In this document: in pieces, positions 11,903 to 24,240 of the stretch
Numbering within the stretch: position 1 is the stretch's first letter
How the letters are laid out: every line of letters begins with the position of its first letter
Assembly (NCBI GenBank): GCA_013115145.1
Contig: JAAPAO010000021.1
Location: 62,001 to 126,000, forward strand
Source: Perkinsus chesapeaki ATCC PRA-425
Lineage: Eukaryota; Protista; Perkinsozoa
Length of the DNA: 64,000 nt
Direction of reading: 5' to 3'
Notes under the pieces: model-generated
The model's input: only the letters and a program-made list of their open reading frames with translations
Told to the model about the DNA's origin: nothing
Databases searched by the model: none
Made by a program: the position numbers and the translations under genes

Positions 11903-13512
11903 GCAAGAAAATGGAATCTGAGCAACAGGAAGGATCAAGAATGAGGGCAAGGAATATCACAAAAAGACCTTTACATGGATTCTGTTTAACTCAAGTGGTG
12001 TTTGCGGCATCTTGAGTGGAGATAGATCATTCTACACCTTGGCGGGAAGACAAGACAGAATCCCTCTACCAGGAATACCGCAGAGTCACTTCCAGGACGA
12101 TGTTCTATGGTTTCTATGTAGCACAGATTATAAAATGTAGGCTAGTATTGTGCGCGACGTCTTTGAAATACCGTCAGTAGGAGAATAGCAGCACCTCAAC
12201 CTTGATTGCGTCGAGCAGGCTAGAGGTCCAGGGGTGAATATGATAATGACATCGCGCCAGAGTCGGGAGTCGAAACACAAACCTTGACGTCATGTAATTC
12301 CTGCACACTTACTTGTACAACTGACTCTTACTATGAGCCATAAGAACTACGGACTGAAGGGCGTTGAACGAACCATAATCGGATATTCAGTCGTCACCAG
12401 GGAGCCTGTGGTGCTCAAAGATGTTGAGCCGCACAGCACGTTTTCAGGTGGTTCAAGAAATGATCTCCGAAAGTCACAACAGGTTATAAAACGGGGTTTT
12501 GGGTAACTCTCGCTCACATAGCTCGTAGGCTAGCTCGTACAAGGACCAGTTTTGCCAGAGTTTGTTAACAACTCCTTGTTCCTGTTTCCCGCGCGCCTCG
12601 AAATTATATGCGCAGGCGGAGGGTCATTATTTCCATTTCGAGTTGCACTCGCGCTGCTTGAGGATGCCCATTCCATAGGCGTCTTGAATTAATGAAATCA
12701 CTTGACTATGATGCAACAGGAGGATAAATGGCATTTACTGTGGGCCTGTCCCAATGTTAGGACATGAGGGCCTTTAGGCTCGCCGATGGACGGCGTCCTT
12801 GTCTATCTGCTCCTTACGAACACTGATGAGAGAGATCCTTTTCATTTCTATGGCCTACCATCCCGAGACGTTTATGTGGTGATGTGTAAGCTCCGCTGTG
12901 AGCAAGTCTAGATACCACCTTGTTGGCTTTCTAAACCCGCTAGGCTAGTTCTCGATATCACACCTTTCGTGTGGGTGCCATTATGCAATCCTGATGCGGG
13001 TTTGTGGGTTTCGCTGTATGAGCCATGTAAACTATATAGCTCCATAATTACTATCCCTGGCTCTCGATCTGGCGACATCTGCGATCAATGGCGGGCCTCT
13101 GCCGGGATGAAAAGGTTATCATTAATGGACTAAGCAATTGTTGCCATGGTAATAGTGTTGGGATATCCTTAGCCGACGTCCGATGCTGGCAATAGGATCA
13201 CATAAAGTCGTAAATGCTCCGTTAACGGCGGTCCCGTTCGGGGTAGACTATTAGTGGGTTGATCCTAGACTATAATTCCTAGTAGTGTAAATTTCCTGTG
13301 GGTAAAAATTAATTGTCGTTAAAAATATGGAATTCTAGAAATGCTAATTGTTGCGGAATGGGTCACACTGGGGGGGTCCTCGGCGGATATGATGCTAGAA
13401 AGTCCTGTCTCGTGCGTTTCGCGTACGATTGATTCGAGTACCACTTTGGGGACGTGGAATCTATAGCATCGAATCCAATGCGTCTTCCTGAGGCTCAGTT
13501 CTTTTCGCCATA

Positions 13513-14067
13513 ATGCTGACCAACAAAGTGTTTCTTATCTATCTCGCCGCACTGGAAGGATTGTTCGCCGTGCGAGTTTCTAAGAGCAGGAAAAGGATCA
13601 ATAGAGGAAATGACAGCAATGGCGGTCCTATCAATAAGCGCGCCAGACGCGATGATAAATGGTCTACTGGCAATAGTGATGATAGCGATAATAATGTGGA
13701 CATGATTTCTGATGACTCTAATGATTCCTTGACCGGGGCGGCTTCATCTGGCAAGGTGAGCGTCTTGTTACAAGCGGCTTGTTAATATTTCGTTTCATGT
13801 GGGAATGTGGAAGCTGAAGCTGGTGCCTTAAAGGATATGGTGGATCCTCTTGTAGCGAGGAGGATATTGGCAATACGCCCTGAGAACGATGAGGGATGCG
13901 AAGCAATCGCGAATAGTGTTAGGAACCTGTTAACGCCATCGAATGCTCATAACATCATAACCACTCAATTCGCGCAGCTCCTTTGTTCGATTAACCGAGG
14001 AAGCATCTACGACAGCATCGAGATGTTCAATCCTGCGGGCTGGGACAATATAGAGTTTATATTATAG
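13513..14067 (+). CDS. Secreted-type protein with bipartite NLS-like motif, copy 1 (spliced)
   Basis: MLTNKVFLIYLAALEGLFA followed by RKR-x13-KRARR; donor AAG|gtgagc; next exon DMVDPLVARRILAIRPENDEGCEAIAN. Confidence 0.65.
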
Positions 14068-14811
14068 ACGTCAGCATATAGCTTAAATGATCATGATGTG
14101 CCCGTGATGATGATGTTGTTGTTTGAAGGGTGGCATAGTGGTGGTGGTGTTGTTAATGATGATACGATGGAGTATGTTTTGGATAGCAACTGCCGGGGAC
14201 TGTAAGACGGGTTAAGTGTTGTATATCGTTGGACAGGGAGAAATCCGCATGGAGGTATTTTGGACTCGATAACAAATCTCTTCTTCAAGTCAACCCAGGA
14301 TGGAGGTTTTACCAAAGGAGCCGGCGGCTCCGAGCCGCTTCAGTGAACTGTACAGCTTCAACCATGCAACCTACGCTCTAGAGGCGCCGCCTGCCGCCAT
14401 CTCTTGTTAAAGTCCGGTCCGCGAATGATCCAGGATGGGAAAGGTACTGCGAAGAGACCTACCCATATTGGTTTCCCACTGATCGCACTGGTGATAACGG
14501 TTATGTTGGTAATGTTGTTGCCGATATGTGTTGCTAGTGGCGTTGTCGGATGCCTGACTTGAGTAATATTCTAAGGCTTGCACTAAACGTCCATTCTAAG
14601 CTGGCTTTGTTAATAAATTATGGATGGCTTCAATGTTCTATGAATGGTCCGAGTAGGGTAGAATTTCATCGCCAGAGATCATATGGGACTCCATGAATGC
14701 TGATAGTCGCCTTCGGAATTGGTCATAGTAGCTGCAAGCAGAAAGTCATGGAAAATCATTAGGGTCGCTGGATTCAGCCACTTGGGACCTAGCTTTTTCG
14801 CCTTGATCATA

Positions 14812-15655
14812 ATGCTCACTAACAAAGTGCTTCTCATCTGTCTCGTTGCACTGGAAGGACTGTTCGGCATGCATCTTTCAAGGAGCAGGAAAAGGCTGAA
14901 TGGCTGGAGTGACGATAATAACGATCATACCAATAAGCGTGCCAAACGCGATGATACAAAAGAAGTTAATAATGCATTCACATCGAGGAGGGAAGTTAAC
15001 GTGAATAATGTAGACATGATTTCCGATGACTCCAATGATGCATGGTCCGACGACAGTGATTCGTCCACCTCGGGTGCTGCTGGTGCTACTGTTGGAGGTG
15101 GTGGTGACGGCAATATACTTGTCATGTTTGCCTTTCTATGCAGCAACTCGGTGTAACTCTCAAAGCAGACGGACAATGCCTGCTCGAGCAGGATGAGTTC
15201 AAATGGGTGTATTACATCACCCCCCGCGGCTTCGTGGCTACCACTAGTCTAACTTGCCGCGATAAAGACCTATATTATTTCGCATTGTGAGTATGCTACT
15301 CTGCCGACAGCCGGTGTAGTTGGGTGTATTTTATTATTCTTCATTTCAGCAACAGGATCGACTACAGTACTGAAGCTGTGATGCGTGGTAGTACGATCGC
15401 TACGACTGGTTCCTTGGAAAGTACGAGGGACCCTCTTGTAGATCTGAGGATATCGGAGCCACCCCCTAAAAACGGTATGGAATGTCAGAAAGTCGCAGAT
15501 GGTGTTAAGCAACACCTTATGTCGAGGGATGGCTCGGTTGATATTACCTATCTCGAGTTCGCACGTTAGCTCTGTTCAGTCTATCAAGGAAACATCTTTG
15601 CTAGGATAAGTCGCTCCGATCTCGTTGACCTGCCGAATTTGGATATTACTACAAA
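14812..15655 (+). pseudogene. Paralog of the 13513 gene (copy 2) with in-frame TAG at 15567-15569; possibly truncated or pseudogene
   Basis: MLTNKVLLICLVALEGLFG, RKR-x13-KRAKR, NNVDMISDDSND. The downstream exon DPLVDLRI...FAR*LCSVYQGNIF aligns with copy 1 DPLVARRI...FAQLLCSINRGSIY. Confidence 0.55.
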
Positions 15656-15679
15656 GCTTAATTGATGATGTTCTTCTAT

Positions 15680-15703
15680 AGTTGTTGTCGTTGTTGTTGT
15701 TGT
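15680..15703 (+). repeat. (GTT)n microsatellite
   Basis: gttgttgtcgttgttgttgttgtt; a related GAT/GTT-rich tract lies at about 14105-14160 behind paralog copy 1. Confidence 0.8.
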
Positions 15704-16016
15704 TAGCCTTGAAGGGTGATATTGTGTTGTTAATGAATACGTTACAATGGCCGCCGGACAGACCAGTCCGGAGGCAGTATTGCTGCCTCTCTTGGCCAGC
15801 ACTTCTCTAGATGTTCTCCTTTTCGGTGGTGGAAGTATAGTAATATGTGTCGAATGTGAAGCAAATTATCCAACCGACAGGAGCTACCTTCGGTGGTGTC
15901 CTTGTATGAGACTCGTAGAAGCTCCTTGGCTGCAATAACTGCAGCTCCACGTATCACTTCCGCATTTAGAATGATCTACTCAGTCACTACAAATCTATTA
16001 TCCCTCCGACCCAACC

Positions 16017-19000
16017 ATGTCAGGATCTGTAGGCGACGGCAGTTCACGGGCATCCGAGCCCTTATCAAGTGAGCCTCCAGCAAGCCCACGGCCATCGTTG
16101 AGTGAGGTGGTGCCGTCGAGGTCGATGCCCTACAGAAGTAGTGAGAGTTGTATTACTTTTAACTCCAAAGAGTCTAGTAGGGTTGTCGACGCTACATCGA
16201 ATGGACAGGATGGAGGAGGATACCTTCGCCAGGAGATTGGACCATACTATAACTCGGCGGTGGGCAACATCAGCAGCCTACCGTGGCCTTGTCGGCTAAC
16301 TAATGGTTGTAGGCTGAGCGCAGCATGTATTCCCACCAATGATGGCAATCTGAGTCCAAGGTCCATGGCACAGCTTTCCTTCAAGATACGCACTATGAAT
16401 AGTACTCCCATGCTAGGATCGGGGTAGGACGACGGGAGGTGCCTTCACGGTTCATGCCAAACGTTACGAGTCTGTTTGTAGTGAGCGCCGTCTGGAGGCC
16501 TTATTTGGTCCCCCACCGGCACCGGTCAGTGTACATGGTAGTGATGCATTGTCCTTTGCGATATCACCGGCACCATCTGGAATTCTGATAAGCGGCCGGC
16601 CAGCTATAGGCCCTCCCTGTGTCCAAGATGAAGAGGATACTGTTAACAGACTCACCAAGAAGCACATCCCTCTGGTCGCCTTGGTAATCTACACTACATT
16701 CAATTCTGTCATCGACCCTACTCAGTTGCTATTCCTATCCCTCGGAGTGGTAATATTCGTATCGCTGTGGGAGCCTCACCATCCGAGGTCGGATGTCCAC
16801 CGTACCAAGCTGGAGAAGTACAATATGTTTATATCATCTCCAATGTCCTCGTACTTCCCTATCGACCTCTGTATCCATCGGACAGGTATGTTGTAAGCGA
16901 AGACCAGAACGTCACATTACCATTTGAAAGAGACGCCAGAGCTGTCGACATAAAGGTTGTGGCTAGCAAAGTAGAGTGAAGGCCATGTCACACGGTAGCT
17001 GCTTTGGGCAGGATGGGCCGCCATCCAGCGAAGTTCATGAGGGAGAGGCACCCGAGCTTTCTGGAAGGTTGTTGAGATGGCAACTGTGGTATGACCCGGC
17101 ACTTAGAGACGTCATTGCGGATAGTCACAAGAGGCAGCTCGCTGGTAGTTCAGCGGCGATCTTGCCGTGTGCACCGTGCAGCTGGTTAGGTGCGGAGGCA
17201 GAGAAGATGCTTTACGATAATTCTCTGCAACTGCATACCAATTTCGAGGCTGAGCTCTTCGAGAATGTGGACCTAGTAACTGACCTGTTAGCCCTATGTG
17301 GGAATGCAAAGCTAGGTGCCAATATTCAATGAGGAAAGTATATCCACTGGCGATGGTCGAGTGCCTTTAAAGCTACTCATTTGGGTTGATCGTGATGGAC
17401 CTCCAATATCGTTCCTCTTCGAGCCGCTCTTACTTGGCAATGTCGCTCGATATAGGGTTGTTATCGCGGGTGAGTTTTGGAGCGGGGATGGTTTGTCGAT
17501 AATATTGACGGTTCTCATATGCTTGGACGAAGCGTTCTGGAGTTGAACCTCTTGCGGATGTTTCCCTAGCCGTGGATGTCAGGCATTCTTTTCCTTGCCA
17601 CCTTCATCCTTATTATCACCGAGAAGATCCACAGAGTGTAGGTGGGAGTCCCGAGTAGGCGCTAAGCTGCATGTGGCTAGATACGCCACTTTCATTGGTT
17701 CTATGTTGGGATTATTTTTAATAGCTTTATTACATGAAGTGCCAGAATTAATGGATATAATGGCAATGGTGGATTTTGGTACACTTATGTTGTTATTTAG
17801 TATGATGGTTAATGTAATCTATTAATAACAATAATAACAACAACTCAATACATAATTATTATAATGACTATAGGTACACCTGTTGGCCTTAACTGGATTC
17901 TTCCAATATATAGCAGCTCGTATGGTTATTCTTGCCAAGGGACGGATATCCTTACTCTTCTTTCTCCTCACCATTTCAACTGGTGTAATCATTATCCGTG
18001 CGTCCACTTTACATATCCTTGCAATAAATAAAGAAACAAGATATCTGTCCTCTTTTCTGAGGAGTCCGTCTTGCTTCCTTGAATCCTAGTCTTGTCGGTC
18101 TTTTGCTCTGTATGTACATCCCTTGCATAGGTCCTTTCAGCCTTCCTAGATAACGTCACAACAGTTATGCTGGTGGGGCCTGTAACTATATCCCTCTGCA
18201 AGGAGATAAAGAGAAGTCCAGTACCATTCTATCTTTCGGAGACGCTTCTCGGTGCGTCCGAGCTTTCATGGCTTCTCTTGCACACTTTCGCGTATTCTCG
18301 GACGCTCCATAGGGTACGCTTCAAGCTAAGATGTTCTGTTCCTCAGCTACCATCGGTGGTACAGCGACCTTGATTGGAGATCCTCCTAACGTTGTCATTG
18401 GTTCCAAGCTTGGCATCTCCTTCACCGACTTCATCATGTGAGTATCCAGCACTATCACGGTTGGCCCTGCTCCATTTTGCCCCTAGCCAGTTACAACGGT
18501 CCTCTGGTTGTATTGCTCCTGCCGTCGGCGGCTGGGCTGCTCTACTTGCGGTTTAAATCTGAAGTCTCTGGCAAGGCGGTACTCGACGAAGAACGAATAA
18601 AGAAGGAGAATATCATTCACGATAAAGTATTTCTTCCTCAGCAATTCTTCGTGGTGCGATAGCGTATCTTTTAGGTCGCGTTTGCCCAGATCGGATCTTT
18701 ATTCATTGCCATTATCCTAGCACTATTCCTCTCACCAGTAGCCCGTCTTCTGCTTACTCCTATCCTTCCTGACTCTAAGGTACACGGCTATGAAGCTGCA
18801 TGGTTTACCCTCCTTGGAATGTATGTGGGATGTATCGTCCTATCACCTCATGACATTCATCGAGTTCTTGAAGCTGTCGAGTGGGACACCCTTATTTTCT
18901 TTGCTAGTCTCTTCGTTCTCGTAGAAGCAGTAAATGAGCTCGGTCTTATACGGTGAGCTTGGCCCGCTATGTACAGTAAGTGCTTCAATTTCTGCTGTTT

Positions 19001-19895
19001 ATTAGAGCACTAGGGGACCTCATCACCGATATTATTACGTCTGTTCCAATCTCTCATCGACTCTGGGTGTCACAATTGCTCATCCTGTGGGTCTCTGCCA
19101 TGGGCAGTGCCTTCCTAGAGAGCCTTCCGTAAGTTGGCGTCTCTCGGTGCTGTCACACTGTGGCTAGATACACCACCACAGTAGCCTACATCCTCATTAA
19201 TATTCAAGGGAAGTCAGATTTGGGTATACCAGTCGCTCCACTAGCGTACGCCCTGTCCGGTACAAGAGACTGATGTGCTCCTGATGCAAAAGGTGTCATT
19301 TTTAGTTGGTGCCTGTGTCGGTGGAATCGGCTCTATTATGGGAAGCAGCGCTAACCTTGTATGTATGGCTATATCTCAGAGGTGAAGCTCCAAGATTGCC
19401 TTCGTACTCCGATAGACTAGCTCGTGGAAGATACTCTACCGTAGACAACAACGACGATAAGAACTCCCCCGAGAAGGAAACGACTAAACTGGAAGCGGTT
19501 GATGAAAACAGGCCGGCCTATTCCTCAACGGGCGGCGTCGACGTCAATGAGATTCACCATATAGAGATAAACCGGACACTATTCGGCCATGGTCGGGCCG
19601 TTGCACTCTGACACCTCTCGACAGTATTTTCAGACGAAGTTGCGCCTGCTATAGTGGGAGCATCGCCCAGCCAAGAAGAGCTTGGTGTCCCGGCAAAGCG
19701 ACACCCAATAACTGAGTGCAACAATGTGGAGGCTAAGTGACGGCGAATGCTCCATCCCCGAGGGAATGCTCCCATCTCAGGCACTTCCTTCAATATGGTT
19801 TCCCTCTCCTTTTATGTCTTATGCTTATCTGTAGTGTGTATCAAGTCATAGTCTTCGAGGTCATCGGTGCCGCCAATGATATGCCCGACCACTAA
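16017..19895 (+). CDS. OCA2/P-protein-like (ArsB/NhaD/SLC13, IT superfamily) transporter, copy 1, many introns
   Basis: Motifs KIHRVYATFIGSMLG, VDFGTLMLLFSMMV, LDNVTTVMLVGPVT, ATLIGDPPNVVIGS, VEWDTLIFFASLF, GGIGSIMGSSANLV; ends HFLQYGFPLLL...ANDMPDH*. Confidence 0.88.
17678..17929 (+). repeat. 252-bp AT-rich tract identical to 21776-22027
   Basis: Direct base-by-base comparison; about 30% GC (76/252); includes a 60-nt intron of about 18% GC. Confidence 0.95.
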
Positions 19896-20160
19896 CTCAC
19901 CGGCTCCCTACTAGCCTAATAGAGACATTATCTCTCTGCTGTGCGTTTAGATTTGGGACTGTTAAGTACATGCTTCCGCTGGAAGGGGCAGTGAATGAAG
20001 CCAAAAGCAGCAGTAGCGCAACTGAACCATTATTCACAGTGAGAAATGTTACGCCTCGCATCATCCAACTGCTCCCGCTGGCGCCACGATCGTATCTTGA
20101 GTATTAGCTGATTGCGTTGCCAACTATCCCACAGCAGATGAAGGTGTTCAGTGACCGGCG

Positions 20161-23100
20161 ATGGCAGACTCCACCATCGGCGCGAGAGAGGGAAGGCGAC
20201 ACACCCCGGAACGCAGGGGATCGCTGGTGATGCCTTCGCAGCAGAATCTCCTTCAAAGGAGTAAATGCTTCATAGCGCCTTCTACTGTCATTACCTCGTC
20301 TGTAGGGCTATCAACTTTACACAGAATGGATAGGATGGATGAGAATACCTTCTCAAGGAGACTAGACCATACCATAGCTCGAAGGTCGAAGGAAAGCCCT
20401 ACCTCGGGCTACTGAAAACAATTCTCTGATTGAGCAGATTGAGCGCCAGCAACCTGCTGGACACAGCAGGGTCAGGACCACACATCGTTACAAGTCCCCA
20501 CTTTTCCCTTGGATCTCAGTACACAGGAAGGAACTACAACGAGTGATGTGGACGGGCTTGAGATAACAAATGAAGACTCTATCAATAGGCTCACCAAAAA
20601 GCACATACCTGGCGTGGCGCTGGTAAACCTGCTTATTACAACCTGCGTCTTATTCGCCGTCTTGAAGCAACTCATCCCACTGCCGCTTAGCCGCCATGAC
20701 GATATATTACCGTGTATTTCTCCTTTATTGTAGCTACTTATTATGGCGATGGCTGTGGTGGTGTTTGTAACGCTATGGAATCCCAACTATGCTAGGGAGG
20801 ATGTACACAGAACTAAGCTTAAGAAATACAACATGCACATCTCCTCCCTGATGTGAAGGGCATTCTCCCTTTCATCCATTCAACTCCAGCCAGGTTCGTT
20901 GTTAGTAAAGATTCCAATCTCACTTTGCCGGTTCACAAGAATCCGCGAGCACTGGATGTGAAGGTCGTCACTAGCAAGGTGGATGCCCTCATTGCCACGG
21001 TATAGTGACTTGTGAACCGTGCTGTAAGCTAGGATACGAATACGTTATGGAGCCACCTTGAAGAAGCCACTCTAATCGACGAGCTCCCTGAGGAGTCTGG
21101 TAGAACCCTCAACTGGCAGTTGTGGTATGACCCGGCGCTGGAGCTTCCTGCCTCCAACAAAAGGGCCTTGCTAGAAGGTGCTGTTAGATTTCCTGCTCTA
21201 TGATGTTAGCTTAGGACCGACAACAGAGACGCTGCTTTATAGCAACTCGTTGGCCTTGGCTACCAATGTCGAGGCGGAGTTCTATCAAAATGTTGATCTG
21301 GTAAGGCCGTGCCACACAGTTTGCCCACTAGCCAACGGCACGCTGGAACACTTCAACATGGTCTCTGTAATTCGTGGCTCAGTTTATTGCTATGCAAGGC
21401 TTATTACCCCAGCGTGCTCGGGCTTACCCACTCGAATAGGTGCCCATCTACAAAGATTATGGCATACCCACAGACCAAGACACTATACCGCTTAAATTCG
21501 TCATTTGGCTGGAGGGCGATGGCCTGCCTATATCGTTCTTCTTTGAAGCCCTTCCTCTCGGTAACGTTGCTCGGTACCGGGTATTGATCGCAGGTAGGAG
21601 AGGCATTGTGCTCGGGTCTGCAGTAGAAAGGATGTTGCAGGTATTCTTTTTGTGTGCACTTTCGCCCTTATTATCACCGAAAAGATGCACAGAGTGTAAG
21701 GGGAAATCCAGAACTACGAGTTCAGCCTTCTTTCATTACCCTCAGTTAGTGGCACTTGAGCGAGCTCGCGTTTTGTAGATACGCCACTTTCATTGGTTCT
21801 ATGTTGGGATTATTTTTAATAGCTTTATTACATGAAGTGCCAGAATTAATGGATATAATGGCAATGGTGGATTTTGGTACACTTATGTTGTTATTTAGTA
21901 TGATGGTTAATGTAATCTATTAATAACAATAATAACAACAACTCAATACATAATTATTATAATGACTATAGGTACACCTGTTGGCCTTAACTGGATTCTT
22001 CCAATATATAGCAGCTCGTATGGTTATCTATGCCAAGGGGAGGGTCTCTTTGCTCTTCTTCCTCCTTACAATATCATCTGGGGTACCAACACATCACCCG
22101 AACCATTCAATTGTGCTTGCTCTTGTGCAGCTCCTATCAGGATTTCTAGACAACGTCACAACCGTGATGTTAATAGGACCGGTTACTATATCCCTCTGCA
22201 AGGAGATAAAGAAGAGCCCAGTGGCATTTTACCTGGCTGAGACCTTCCTCGGTAACACACATTGAGCGTTATCAACTGTACAGTAGAGCCAATCAGCTAC
22301 TATGGGCGGAGCAACAACACTGATTGGTGATCCCTCCAACATCATCATAGGATCCAAACTAGGTATCTCTTTCACAGACTTCCTCGTGTAAGTTCACGAG
22401 GATGAGCTACTCGTTCGTAGCTCAAATCTCGAGCCCGACTTTGCAGATACAATGCTCCTTTGGTACTGATACTTCTGCCCATTGCAGCTTTCATTCTATA
22501 TACACGTTTTAAGTCGGAAGTATCGGGTATGGTGGAGTTGGATATTGAGAAAATGAAAAGGGAAAACATCATCCATGATAAAGTAACGCTTAGCAGTTCT
22601 CACTTGGGCTTACGCCGTTGCATTGTTGTTCAGGTAGCCTTCGCCCATGTAGCCTCCCTGTTTGCAGCGATTGTGCTCGCTCTATGCCTGTCCCCAGTGA
22701 GCAACCTGTCCATGGTCTACATTCAGTATTTCCTATCAGGTGCATGGCTTCGAGCCAGCCTGGTTCACCCTCATGAGTATGTACATCGGATGTATGATCA
22801 CATCCCCCCATGATTTCCATAAAGTCTTGGAAGCTGTCGAATGGGACACCCTAATTTTCTTCGCCAGCCTCTTTGTCTTTGTCGAAAGCATCAACGAATT
22901 GGGCCTTATTAGGTCCGTCATCAGCGCACCTACCACGGTCCTACATTCCTCTGGTCAGGGCTATTGGAGACGTCCTCACCAATATCATAACTTCTGTTCC
23001 CATTGAGCACAGGCTCTGGGTGGCGCAGCTGCTGATTCTGTGGGTCTCAGCCATTGGCAGTGCCTTCCTTGAAAGCTTACCGTAAGCCATACACAATAAG

Positions 23101-23900
23101 CGCAACAGCTTCTGCTCGTTGACACCGATAACTTTACTTCATCAAGGCAGTATAATATCAGATACACCACTACAGTTACGTACATTCTGGTGAACCTAAG
23201 AGGACAGAGTGATCTCGGCATACCCATAAAACCTCTGGCATTTGCTCTATCGGGTGAGGCAATCCTGGTCAGTTATGCTGTATCATACACCCTCAGTTGC
23301 GGCATGTACGGGAGGAATCGGCTCGATCATGGGCAGTAGCGCGAATCTCGTCTGCATGGCGATTTCTCAGAGGCAAGTGAAGTGCCTCCAGTTGTGTAAA
23401 TATCACGGAAGGGAAGGTATGCTGATGCCGATGAGGATGAAGCTAAGGCGGAGGCGGATAAGGCAGAAGACGATGAGAAATCTGTTCACTCCGTCACTCG
23501 TGGGGATGGTGTACAGCTTGTTCACCATAGCGCAATCAATCGTAGCCTTTTTGGCGAAGGTAAGCGTGGGCTCTGTAGAGGCACTGCCGCCATTGGAGAC
23601 CGCGCTTTTTGTGAGATTCCTTCTTTTTGACCGTAGCCCCTTCAGATGACAATCTGATGCCAGTGAGCCCTGGCGGCGATGAAGAGCACCCTCCCCAGCC
23701 TGCCGTAAAAAGGCACCCTATCGCTGAAGCTAGAGCTGTCGAGGCCAAGTACGCCTTGTTGTGGTTATGCTGCGTAATCTGTAAACAGGCACTTCCTTCA
23801 GTATGGTTTTCCCCTTCTAATGTGCCTTATGGTCATCTGTAGTTTATATCAAGTCATACTGTTCGAGTTCATCGGCGCCGCCAATGATATGCCGGCTTAA
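20161..23900 (+). CDS. OCA2/P-protein-like transporter, tandem copy 2
   Basis: Same motifs (GFLDNVTTV, TTLIGDPSNIIIGS, VEWDTLIFFASLF, GSSANLVCMAISQR) and matching intron positions where checked; ends ANDMPA*. Confidence 0.88.
21776..22027 (+). repeat. 252-bp AT-rich tract identical to 17678-17929
   Basis: Direct base-by-base comparison. Confidence 0.95.
23373..23416 (+). other. GC-AG intron (AG|GCAAGT)
   Basis: Same position and phase as the GT-AG intron 19382-19430 in paralog copy 1; splicing restores QR-YADADEDE. Confidence 0.75.
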
Positions 23901-24240
23901 TGCAGCCAAATGAAGGAAGACGGTTATCCGCCGCGCAATGAAGATGCTCCCTTCTATTACCTTGTTAGCTGAGAACCTCGTAGCCCAGACATGAGCATGT
24001 TGCATGACCGTGACCACATATGAGTATATTTCTCACGCTAATCGCAGCTTGTATTCGTCAATGAAGGGTGACGGCGCTCAAATTGACACCGGCAATTTCT
24101 ACCTTTCGCTTAGCCATGTCCGACCCGATGAGTCCACGGCAGAGGGAGTCGCTGTCTGGTGTAGAGGAAATGTCATCAATCGAGGTTGATGTGCACTCGG
24201 ATGGCGATGAGGTTAGCTTTACTGTCTAACGCGTAGACTT

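Noticed and set aside
11950-13450. Long intergenic region as a possible transposon remnant
   Set aside because: No terminal repeats, target duplication or RT/transposase motifs found.
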